Assembly: GCA_026023565.1 (NCBI GenBank)
Contig: JAPETS010000020.1
Location: forward strand, 434,001 to 498,000
DNA: 64,000 nucleotides
Origin: Cirrosporium novae-zelandiae
Lineage: Eukaryota
Reading direction: 5' to 3'
In this document: positions 35,757 through 45,449 of the stretch, one piece after another
How the letters are laid out: each line of letters starts with the position of its first letter
Numbering within the stretch: position 1 is the first letter of the stretch
Notes under the pieces: generated by a model
The model's input: only the letters and a program-made list of their open reading frames with translations
What the model was told of the DNA's origin: nothing
The model's database searches: none
Made by a program: the position numbers and the translations under genes

Positions 35757-37700
35757 CTAACGTCTTTCCCACAATCGGGCCTCTTCACGTTGCAGAGCTT
35801 CCTCGTCCCGCATTATACGATGCGATTGGCCCATACACCAACAGCATTCCATCTTTGCAAGCCGCACCCACATGCGTTCCCACGCCTGCCCATACGCTCG
35901 TTCTGTATACATAAACCCGCTTACCCTCCTCCTCACCTCACTCCACTCATTTAATCGAAACTTCGCTTTCTCTTCCAGCAGTCTTTCGCCAAACCATGTC
36001 CTCTCCTTGAGCAGCGCGATGGCAAACCAGTCATCTTCTTTAAACTCTGATGCCACTCCAGCGCTATAGAACCCCAAAAGGAGAATCCATAACCGCAGGT
36101 CTAAGGGGTAAATATCGTATGGTATTCGAACAAACGCAGCATAAAGGTTGGTGACAAGAGGGTTGGCAAGCGCAAAGACTGGAAGAATACTCCATATTGC
36201 AGTTTGCAGAAAAATCATAAAGGCGATACGAATGGGCTCTCCGAGGAGCATTGCGGTTCCTGATGAGCTAGTGTAGTCGGCGACAATTAGAAGTTTGTGT
36301 TCAGCAATGGGAATAAGTACTTCTGGCAGCTCCGCCGAGGGAGCCCCTTCCAGTGCATCAGTAATTCGCTGTAGCAATATCAGGCATTTATTTAGCTCTG
36401 GATATAGCATAGTCGCGATCCCAGGGTCTTGAAAACGTGATCCCAGATACTCTACTCCTACAGAGCATGGGACATATTCCAGAGTGAGTTCCTCGAAGAT
36501 AGAATTCCACCGCGAAGGTAATGGAAGGGTTAGTTTCTTCTGGTTGATCATCGACCATTTAGTATCATGCAGGACCACATCAGTCAAAAAACTGCCGTCT
36601 AGATCCTCAACCCCTCCTCGGGCCATGATCAACTTCTCAAACCCTTCGGTATGAACAGACACTGCAGTTGGGTCATCCAGCATTGCCTCCAAGGTTCTTA
36701 ATAGTGTAATGGCAATGATAGTATCGTCTCTCGTAGCCTTCACCGGGTCTGCTATATTAGCACGGAGCAACTGCAAGGCCTTATTCTTATGATACATGGC
36801 ATTGCGTAAGACCTTGGCAGCGTGTGATGGCTGTAAGGAATTAACGTCGAGTATTTGAGGGGAGAATCCCTGCTTCATAATAATCCAAAGCGCACCAGAA
36901 GCGCAAACGGCGTCAAAAAGAGGGGATGTCGTTGATGTTTCAAAGGCCTTGGAAGAAATGAGTTGAAGTGTAAATGTTGGCTCGATAGGGTAGTTCTGAC
37001 ACCAAAGCTGTCCTATAGATAAAGAATAGTTAGTCCTAAGATATCTCCCAACATAATATTTCCCTAGAGATGGGGGAACCGGAGTAGAGGATAAGAAGAC
37101 GGGAGAATTGAGAAACGCACTGCCTAGTATGAACTGCTGAAAATACTCAAACATTCGAGCGTCCATTGACATGCCCCCAGCTGCTCCAGCAGTTTTAATC
37201 CCGGACAACAAAGTATTGCCGATATTGTTTTGCCTCCCATTATTCTCTCGAACAAGTTGCTTTCCCCAATTTGATGTAATTGCTATATCATCTGCAGGAC
37301 TAGATATTTCCTCTTTGGATTGTCTTTCCACATCACGTCTTTTATTCTTACTGGGTTGTATAAAGGATACAGATGGTTTAGGCAAGACCACCACCTCCTT
37401 CCATGTTACATTTGACTTTTGTTTTTTAGCTATGCTTTCTTTTCTCTTGTAATCACGCATAACATGAGCGCGTATGCGCTTCCTGTCCATGCTTGCAGGG
37501 CTTGTTGACGGACCATTGTTCGCAACGAAGGTAAAAGTCGGGATTTGAGGTGATTCTGATGAAGGTAGTTCTGAGACAGGTGGCTCTATGGAAGAAGAAG
37601 GTTCAGATGATGAGAATTTAGCCTCGTTTTTCGGATTCCAGTTTTTCTTCAATCTGTAAACTCCTTGATGGAACTGAGCACTCGCTTTCGCGTTCGGCAT
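35757..37700 (-). CDS. Fungal transcription-factor-like protein (fungal-specific TF C-terminal domain, no Zn2Cys6 cluster visible)
   Basis: 647-aa ORF with FTFV..RKRIRAHVMRDY, HKNKALQLL..DDTIIAI..E..HTEG..LIMARGG and LRLWIL. Confidence 0.68.
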   Translation of the reverse strand: MPNAKASAQFHQGVYRLKKNWNPKNEAKFSSSEPSSSIEPPVSELPSSESPQIPTFTFVANNGPSTSPASMDRKRIRAHVMRDYKRKESIAKKQKSNVTWKEVVVLPKPSVSFIQPSKNKRRDVERQSKEEISSPADDIAITSNWGKQLVRENNGRQNNIGNTLLSGIKTAGAAGGMSMDARMFEYFQQFILGSAFLNSPVFLSSTPVPPSLGKYYVGRYLRTNYSLSIGQLWCQNYPIEPTFTLQLISSKAFETSTTSPLFDAVCASGALWIIMKQGFSPQILDVNSLQPSHAAKVLRNAMYHKNKALQLLRANIADPVKATRDDTIIAITLLRTLEAMLDDPTAVSVHTEGFEKLIMARGGVEDLDGSFLTDVVLHDTKWSMINQKKLTLPLPSRWNSIFEELTLEYVPCSVGVEYLGSRFQDPGIATMLYPELNKCLILLQRITDALEGAPSAELPEVLIPIAEHKLLIVADYTSSSGTAMLLGEPIRIAFMIFLQTAIWSILPVFALANPLVTNLYAAFVRIPYDIYPLDLRLWILLLGFYSAGVASEFKEDDWFAIALLKERTWFGERLLEEKAKFRLNEWSEVRRRVSGFMYTERAYGQAWERMWVRLAKMECCWCMGQSHRIMRDEEALQREEARLWERR

Positions 37701-38412
37701 GACCTTGGAATTATTTGCCGAGTTGCTTTACTTATCGCTTGAAGAGAGAAAGGCTGCCTAGCATTGGTCAAAACTTGAGAAAGAGAAGATCTCGAAAGGA
37801 CGTAGAAGAGAAGATCATGCAAATATGTGACATGGTGGGACAGTGCCTACATGCCCCCGATGATATTCTGTAGTGTAAAGGCTGGAGTTAGATGAGCCCT
37901 ACCTCAATAATAGCTTGCATGCAGAAACCTAACTCAGGTGTGACAAATGATAAGCTTGGATATGATAATGTATATTTTAGGGTATAGCTGGGTTTCCTTT
38001 ATATCCCATCCATGGATTTCCCTGTGTTTTAGTTAGTGTGGCGAAAGTGGCAATAGGTCTAGAAGTCATGCTGGACTTTGAACGAATTAATAGCGAAAGC
38101 TGAAAAATATTTGTGGGAATCCATCGTGCTACAAGTAGATAAGACAGAGTAACTATTATACAAATGTATATGCAGGGAATTTTTAACAATTTCGTACTAT
38201 AGTTGTTGTGTTGGTATGAAATTTGATGTTAAAGTTCATGCCCATTTACATACACCACCCACTTTTCTTGTCAACCGTGGGCCACCCTCCAGCGCTTCCC
38301 CTCTCGATTACGTAGTGGACATAATTGCTGCAGTACCCTCCTCCAATCCAGTCCTCCAAGCCTCTATCTCTCTTCCACATATATAATTCGCTACATTCGC
38401 ATATATATTAAA

Positions 38413-39599
38413 ATGGCAGCAATCCATAGTCACTCGCACGATGGTGGCCATGCCCACACACATGGAGGGGTAGAAGCACATGGTCATACACACGAAATCC
38501 TTGATGGGCCCGGCTCATATCTACGGCGGGAGATGCCAATTGTTGAAGGAAGGGACTGGAGAGATCGAGCCTTTACAATTGGAATCGGGGGGTAGGTCCT
38601 CTTATTTTATTTAGGACATTTGACTTTCAATTGTGGAAATATTTAGCGGATCTTTGCATTGAAGATGTCTATCGGAATACTCACCTATAGACATCCTTGT
38701 TTGGGACCTAAATAATAAGGGCCCTCAAATGCAGCTGTGCATTTTATTTGAAGGCCTCCCTAACCCCAATTGACGAATGTTTCTGCTTTTAGATACCTTT
38801 AGTGGCCTAACGGGTTGGGTGTGTGAAAGGGCTAGATCTTCATAGCCTAGCACTTTACATGTGAAATATAAACTATGGTTACTGACGGTACGGAGTAAAG
38901 ACCTGTAGGGTCTGGCAAAACAGCTTTGATGCTTGCATTATGCAAAGCTCTACGAGACGAATACAACATTGCCGCAGTCACGAATGATATATTTACTCGG
39001 TATGCCTATCCCAAAATCTAATTGATACCACTGCTGAATCTCTTGCCCACCCTAGCGAAGATGCGGAATTCCTAACTCGGAATCATGCCCTCCCTGAGGA
39101 CCGTATCAAAGCCATCGAAACAGGTGGTTGTCCACACGCGGCAGTTCGTGAAGACATAAGCGCCAACCTTCTCGCCTTGGAAACCCTGCATCAGAAATTC
39201 CATACCGATCTCCTTCTCATAGAGTCAGGGGGTGACAATCTCGCAGCCAATTATTCCCGTGAACTTGCAGATTTTATTATATACGTCATCGATGTTGCAG
39301 GAGGCGACAAAATTCCTAGAAAAGGTGGACCTGGTATAACAGGGAGTGATTTGCTGGTAATCAATAAGATTGATCTTGCAGAAGCTGTTGGCGCCGATCT
39401 AGGGGTCATGGAGCGGGACGCTGGAAAGATGAGAGAAGGAGGACCGACAGTGTTTGCAGTGATTAAAGATGGAAAAAAAGGCGTCGATGATATTGTGACA
39501 TTGGTATTAAGCGCTTGGAAAGCATGTGGCGCTTATGATCTAAGTGTTGAGAGATGGAAGAAAGAAGGGAAAAAAGTAGTGGGCAGGTATAGTGGGTGA
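38413..39599 (+). CDS. ureG: Urease accessory GTPase UreG (introns 38592-38900, 39000-39055)
   Basis: His-rich N-terminus, IGIGG|PVGSGKT P-loop, [41 protein letters not shown] and INKID. Confidence 0.95.
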
Positions 39600-39749
39600 A
39601 GTTGGGAACTATAAGGGCTTCTAGAGAGAATTTATAGCAAGGTCTACTATTCAGATCCTATTTGCATGGCTGTTTTAGCAAGGGGCTTATATTTAGGAGA
39701 CCCAAAACGAATATTGTTTCTAGAATGGCAGTCCCGAGCTAGGCTCAAG

Positions 39750-41400
39750 CCTTAGATGGCTCAGAAAACAATGTCCTTGAGCGTGTTTAAGCATCCTCAG
39801 TTTAATTTGAATGTTCAACAAATTTTTATCACAGTAAACCTCCTTTACATAGGTTTGAAAGTTGTACCTGTCAGACCTCTTCTCAATTTCATGGAGATGT
39901 AAAGCAAGCTTAGTACTAACAACACTTCTATAATACCTTTTGGAATGGAGTTTGGGGTTTGAATAGATGGTTCTCTTCTGGTACTTCATTAAAGAGTTCC
40001 AGGAAAGCCCCTAGTATCTAGTCCGCGGTTTCTTCTTTCTCCTAAAATTTGTTGTTACAGAGAGAATGTTTTGAATCATAAAAGCTACTCACATGTACAT
40101 GTACCTATCACTTGCATCACCGCATAAAGCATTCCTAATAGCTGGTGTTGATAACGAACCACTGAACACCAGCTTTCATTCTTTATGGCATGTCTTGGAA
40201 TGGACTCGATAAATAAATTAATATCTCTACAAAGATACCTGTAAGATACAGCCGATGATACCAAGGAGCTTGTATCAGAAGCCATTAAGAGTCATCAAGT
40301 GTTAAATTCTATCAGGGTTTCCAGAATCTGGGGCTCATCATGCTCATTTAGATCATCAGGTACGGCAACTTGGAAAGCAAAGCGAGAGAGCTCTCGGGAA
40401 GTGAAAAAAAAACAAGAGAGTCGACGATTAGGTCCTCTTGATTCTACAAAAGTTCTTAGATCTCATTATCCCTGGCGTGTTATATGTGTGCCTCACGCAT
40501 TTGCCTAATGATCCATCCCTAGCTATTCAAGTTTAGTGAATCTGCATTGTGATATTGGCACAAGAAATAGGATACAATATTATTTGGATCTTTGAGACTA
40601 CTTCAATGTGCCATGACACTTTTTCTGTCTTCAAGTCTCTCGACCGTCGCAGTGTCGATGGTGCGATCATGCTATTTTGAAATATAGGGGGATGATAAAT
40701 CCAATCGCATGCCATGAATACATTGCTTCCGGAACAACTTCTATACAAACGTATAATCATGGCTCCTAGTTAACAAATCTAGAAACCCCTCTCTTACATG
40801 CCCAGCTTGTCGATGTTGCCATACTAACCTTTAGCTCTGAGAATGAGCATATTATTGGTTTGTGATCTGTTCGAACGTAACAGCTAGGCTTCAAAATACT
40901 GCCATTTTTGCTTCATATCAGCTTGAAGAAGCCTTTTTTGTTTCAGTCGAATATCTTTAGATAATAATGAAACTTGAATCGAAACTCGCGCTCAACAGAC
41001 GGACGTGTGATGATTGTAAAACAATGTCCCCTGCAATGAGATGGAGTTCTGCTATAAGGGCTATATTCTCTAAATTGTGGACAGGAGCGACAAATTTGCA
41101 TCAAAGGAGGGAAGACTTTATTGAAATAATGATAAGGAAATTCATTGTTCTAACATTCGTTTTTTTTTTTCACAGTCAAGCAGTCTTGGAGTTAGTTGTT
41201 GGTTCAATGATGCTCAGGCGAGACCATTACCGGAGCTACCGCTGAAATCCCCGTCCAACATGACTACACCTACAGAGGGCCGAGGGACCCTTGATTGACC
41301 TTTACTCTTTCATCCGAGTAATCGAAAAGCAATGAGATGCTTCATGACAACCCTTGAGAAATGCATACCGAAGAATAATTGGTGCTCTAAAGGCCTCAAA
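39750..41400 (-). pseudogene. Decayed NACHT-type NLR gene relic (many stops and frameshifts)
   Basis: Fragments in mixed frames but correct order: YFNKV..CRSCPQFREY, HDY..KLFRKQCIHG/CDWIY..FQ, VSYFLCQYHNADSL..IIRQ, DINLFIE, IRNAL..YM*VAFMIQNI and VVSTKLALHLHEIEK. The upstream boundary is approximate. Confidence 0.6.
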
Positions 41401-42157
41401 GTGCCGCAGTCAACCTCCTAACTACGTTTACGAGACTATCCATCTATCACCAATCACCTTTAACCCCCCTCCAATGAAATGAACCTATCGCAATACTATC
41501 AGCCTTCTCCTCCGATTTACATGAAGCTTGCTATCGAGAATGATATTGGCCATGGCATAGTTCCACATGCATTCTTGTTTCGAAGAAAATTATTCAGACC
41601 ACACAACAAACTTTGTCTTGAAATCTTTTTCCTGGCATTGAGTTAAGATATCAAGATATACAGCCCTAGGATAATCAGTGGCTACAGATAAGCCTATCTT
41701 TCTAGAACCTAGAGATAACACCTAGCTGTGAGACGCCCTTATCTCCATCCCCAGACCATTGTTATATATGTCTGAACGTCTCAATATTTCAAATGCAACT
41801 TCTTATCAGAAGCTTGTTCGAACCGAAGCTTCACTTGTGTCGAAAGCCTCCCCAGCATGAGTTAATGAATTTCATCTTCTTTAAAACCTACTAATTATTG
41901 AGGTTTCTAAATATAAGAAAAGGTTGGGTGCTAATAGCCCGGTACAAGACACAATGATTTCATTTACTGACGACCGAGCTGGCATTGGAAACCGTGAAGT
42001 GGATGAAAGTGATAAACATGCATTTGTATCAATATATAATGTACACGCATCCTTCTCTTCACCATATTAGGATTACATCGCTATTTTAACGAAAGAAAGT
42101 GATGTCTTCCCATCAAACGCCATCCCATATTAATACCAACGTTAGTTTGTTTACCCA

Positions 42158-43480
42158 TCAATGACTGCGGAGCTTCAAACAATTAAGAATATCAACGCAA
42201 CAATCCTTCAAAGACTTTTCCGTTTTCCACCGTAATTCTTCATGTGCACGTGTGGCTCTAGCAACACAATATCCAACGTCGCCTTCCCTTCTTCCAACAA
42301 CTCGAGTAGCAATCTTCTTTGACGAAGCAGTTTCCATCGCGTCAACCACTTCCCGTACAGAATGGCCACAGCCCGTGCCCAAGTTAAAGGTTCTGAAAGG
42401 TTGGTGGATTCGTCCCTCGTTGGCGGAGGTAAGAGCAGTTATATGACCTCGAGCAAGATCGCTAACATGGATGAAATCTCGAACCGCGGTACCATCCTTG
42501 GTCTCCCAGTTTGCTCCAAAGACTTGAAGGGCCTCCATTTCGCCTTGCATGGTTTTAACAACCAACGGCATCAGGTTACTTGGTTTGCCTTTTGGCTCTT
42601 CCGTCAAGATACCAGATTCATCACAACCGACAGGATTGAAATATCGAAGAGCAACGATCGTCCAGTCCGGATCTGCAGCGGCAAGATCTGACAAAATTGC
42701 CTCGCACATCCATTTGGTGCGTCCATATGGATTGGTGATACCAGTACTACCTGTTTCCTGGGTCTGAACGACACCATCTTCGTCTTCGAAGGTTTCAGGT
42801 TTGTGGACACAAAACTCCTCTCGGATGGGTTTCCCCGAGTTTGCCAACGTCCCGTAGACAGTGGCAGAAGATGAAAAAATAAATGTTTTGATTCCGTGAT
42901 CGCCAAGCAGCCCCAGAAGGTCAACCATCCCACATACGTTATTGGAATAGTATCTCAAAGGGTTTGCGATGCTCTCCTCGACAGACTTGAAGGCTGCAAA
43001 GTGAATAACACCAGTAATCTTTGATCTTCGGGGACCATGTTCGGAATCCCAGGTGGATGGTCGATCATATTTTTCAATAATGGACTCCATGGTAGGAATA
43101 TCTTGATAGTCGATATCATAGAAATCCAGGGCGGGAGCGGCGCCTGCTTTGCCTTGGTAGTACCGGTCTCTCAGAAGATGAATCCTGTCGAGCACGTCAC
43201 GATATGAATTGCTTAGATTGTCGATAACGATGACATTATAGCCAGCTTTCAACAGTTCGACTGTGGTGTGGCCTCCGATATAGCCAAGCCCTCCGAGAAC
43301 AAGGATATAACGATCGTCGTGAAGCAGAGAATCAAAAAAAGGCAGATCATGGTCCCCGAAAATAACAGAGCGCTCCGTGGCAGGTGTCTTTGCACTGGAG
43401 GGGGAACTGGATCTGGATGAGGATGAAGGGGAAGAGCATAATGATGGAACGCTTCTGGAAGTGGGATAAAAACAATCCAT
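42158..43480 (-). CDS. uge3: UDP-glucose/UDP-GlcNAc 4-epimerase of the GAG cluster
   Basis: GGLGYIG, IHFAAFKSV, FSSSATVYG, YGRTK (YxxxK), LRYFNP and RDFIHV, with a Ser-rich N-terminal extension. Divergent from sph3. Confidence 0.9.
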   Translation of the reverse strand: MDCFYPTSRSVPSLCSSPSSSSRSSSPSSAKTPATERSVIFGDHDLPFFDSLLHDDRYILVLGGLGYIGGHTTVELLKAGYNVIVIDNLSNSYRDVLDRIHLLRDRYYQGKAGAAPALDFYDIDYQDIPTMESIIEKYDRPSTWDSEHGPRRSKITGVIHFAAFKSVEESIANPLRYYSNNVCGMVDLLGLLGDHGIKTFIFSSSATVYGTLANSGKPIREEFCVHKPETFEDEDGVVQTQETGSTGITNPYGRTKWMCEAILSDLAAADPDWTIVALRYFNPVGCDESGILTEEPKGKPSNLMPLVVKTMQGEMEALQVFGANWETKDGTAVRDFIHVSDLARGHITALTSANEGRIHQPFRTFNLGTGCGHSVREVVDAMETASSKKIATRVVGRREGDVGYCVARATRAHEELRWKTEKSLKDCCVDILNCLKLRSH

Positions 43481-43741
43481 AATGAATAGGGATAAACGAA
43501 TGGCTACAGATATTTCTGCTTGAAGAGCGAATGAATCTCAGGAAAGCGTCTGATTTACTGGATGACTTGAGATTGCGGCCTTGGAGCCTTTATATCTCAA
43601 GAGGTCGGTGAAAGCATAACAATCAAATTCCCACGATTGAATTGGGTTTTTCACATCAGGTGGAGATGTAGGAAGTGTATAAATGTGGTGACACAATTGC
43701 TGCAACAGTTAACTGGCTTTTGTTGAAAGGCTTGGCAGCTG

Positions 43742-43765
43742 GTACTCGATACAGTACTCGATACA
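43742..43765. promoter_or_regulatory. Tandem GTACTCGATACA x2 in the uge3/sph3 divergent promoter (candidate TF site)
   Basis: A perfect 12-nt direct repeat is seen; regulatory function is inferred only from position. Confidence 0.35.
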
Positions 43766-44009
43766 CACAGTTGGAGAATTTACTTTGCTTACCCTTCCTC
43801 CTTATCCCTGCAGGGTATCTTGTGGACATCCATAGTTGGTCGTAGCTATTTCTACGCTGGTTCAGCCGGCCGACCTGGGTTCTCAGGATCGCCCTTTAGT
43901 CCACGCTGTTTTTTTCGCTTTCATCGCTCGCTTCGAATTGTGAACTTGGTTCTATTTGGGATTTTGACTTATCCAATATAAGACCTGTACGTTTCATCTA
44001 TTTACGCCA

Positions 44010-45418
44010 ATGAGGTTGCTTCAAGGCCGTACCAAACGTTTCCGTCTTCTACTTGCGGCAGTCATCACAATTATTGTACTTGCCATTGTTATTCCTATTG
44101 CGGTTGTATTTGGACGAAAACACACAATGCCTCCGAAATCGAATGTTCTTGTCCCTCTTTACGTTTATCCCGCCCCCGGGGCTTGGGATCCTCTTTACAA
44201 AGTGTCAGTCTCACTCTCCAACAATTGTGCACTGAGTCCCGGCCTTGGCAGCCTTCCTATTAACCCGCTATTTCAGGATCGAGACTTATCCTCATGTTAA
44301 ATTCATTGTGGTTGTGAACCCCAACAGCGGGCCAGGCTCCACTGCCGTCCCAGATGCCAACTACACGTCTGCAATCCCCAAATTAACCTCGCATTCGAAT
44401 GTGCGTCTCTTGGGTTATGTCGCCACGACGTATGCCCAGAGGAACTTTTCAGCGGTTCTGGAAGACGTGCGAACGTATGCGGAATGGTCGAACCAGACAT
44501 CCTATCCTGGACTTTCCGTAAGCGGCATCTTTTTCGACGAAGCGCCCAGCGTATTCAATGAATCTCACTTTCAGTACCTGTCCAGACTCAAATCGGCAGT
44601 CAAGAGTTACAGTGGGCTGGGACCGGATAACTTGGTATGTCCAACTTGCTTCTCGGACTCGATCAGTCCCGGGGGTGTCCCCTGAAGCGTGGTCTTGCTT
44701 TCATTGATGATTTGGTACTATTGTTACTTTCCAATCCCGATGTCGCTCATGGGTGTAAAAATCCATAAACCTTGCATCCAAGATCGCGAGCTGCAGTTGG
44801 CATGGCACAATGTCACGCCATACCCCTGTTCACGTTCATGCCCATGCTCTTCGATTACATACTAGCGGCTTTTCAAAGCCTGTTCGAAAAATTTCCGTAT
44901 CGTTACCCCACCCTTGTCGATACCAAAATAACCGATTACCTCCTTCATACAATCCCATCCATACACTAGCACCCCTGAACTCTCGCCAAGCCACACCCTA
45001 CCACCTCCCCCACAAAAGCTTAACCAAATTTAGCCAAACCCCTTCCGCTATCCATTGTAACTCTAACACCCACCGGCTAATTCCCGCGACTTTACTTTAG
45101 GTCATCCTCAACCCAGGCACAATCCCAGCAACGCAATATCTCTCCCTCGCGGACTCCACCGTCGTCTTCGAGGAACGCTACTCCACCTACCGCGCCCGAA
45201 ACTCCTATAAAGAGCTCAGAGCTGTGCACGAGGGTCGCAGCCGCAAGACCATTCTCATGCACAGCGTTCCCGACTCGCTGACCTTGAAGGAAGACAGGGA
45301 TCTCGTGCATGATATGAGGCGCGTGGGGGCGAATTTGTTTTTGACTCATTTGGCGAGTGACTATTACGCTAGGTTTGACCCGAAGTGGTCGGAGTTTATC
45401 AGGTATATGTCCGAGTGA
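44010..45418 (+). CDS. sph3: Spherulin-4-like GH135 alpha-1,4-N-acetylgalactosaminidase (exons 44010-44203, 44277-44634, 45101-45418)
   Basis: N-terminal TM anchor, VLVPLYVYP..AWDPL, VVVNPNSGPG, LLGYVAT, GIFFDE, VILNPG and VVFE. Confidence 0.9.
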
Positions 45419-45449
45419 GTGAGTGGGTGAATAATGGAGCGAGGGAAAG

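Noticed and set aside
34700..35760. Complete Tc1/mariner transposon
   Set aside because: No DDE/DDD domain, and no terminal inverted repeats found by eye.
38413..39599. Bacterial urease operon or recent horizontal transfer
   Set aside because: It has spliceosomal introns and the eukaryote-type His-rich N-terminus, and no other ure genes are adjacent.
44700..44985. C/D box snoRNA in the sph3 intron (TGATGA ~44705, CTGA ~44975)
   Set aside because: The boxes are ~270 nt apart with no terminal stem or recognisable guide.
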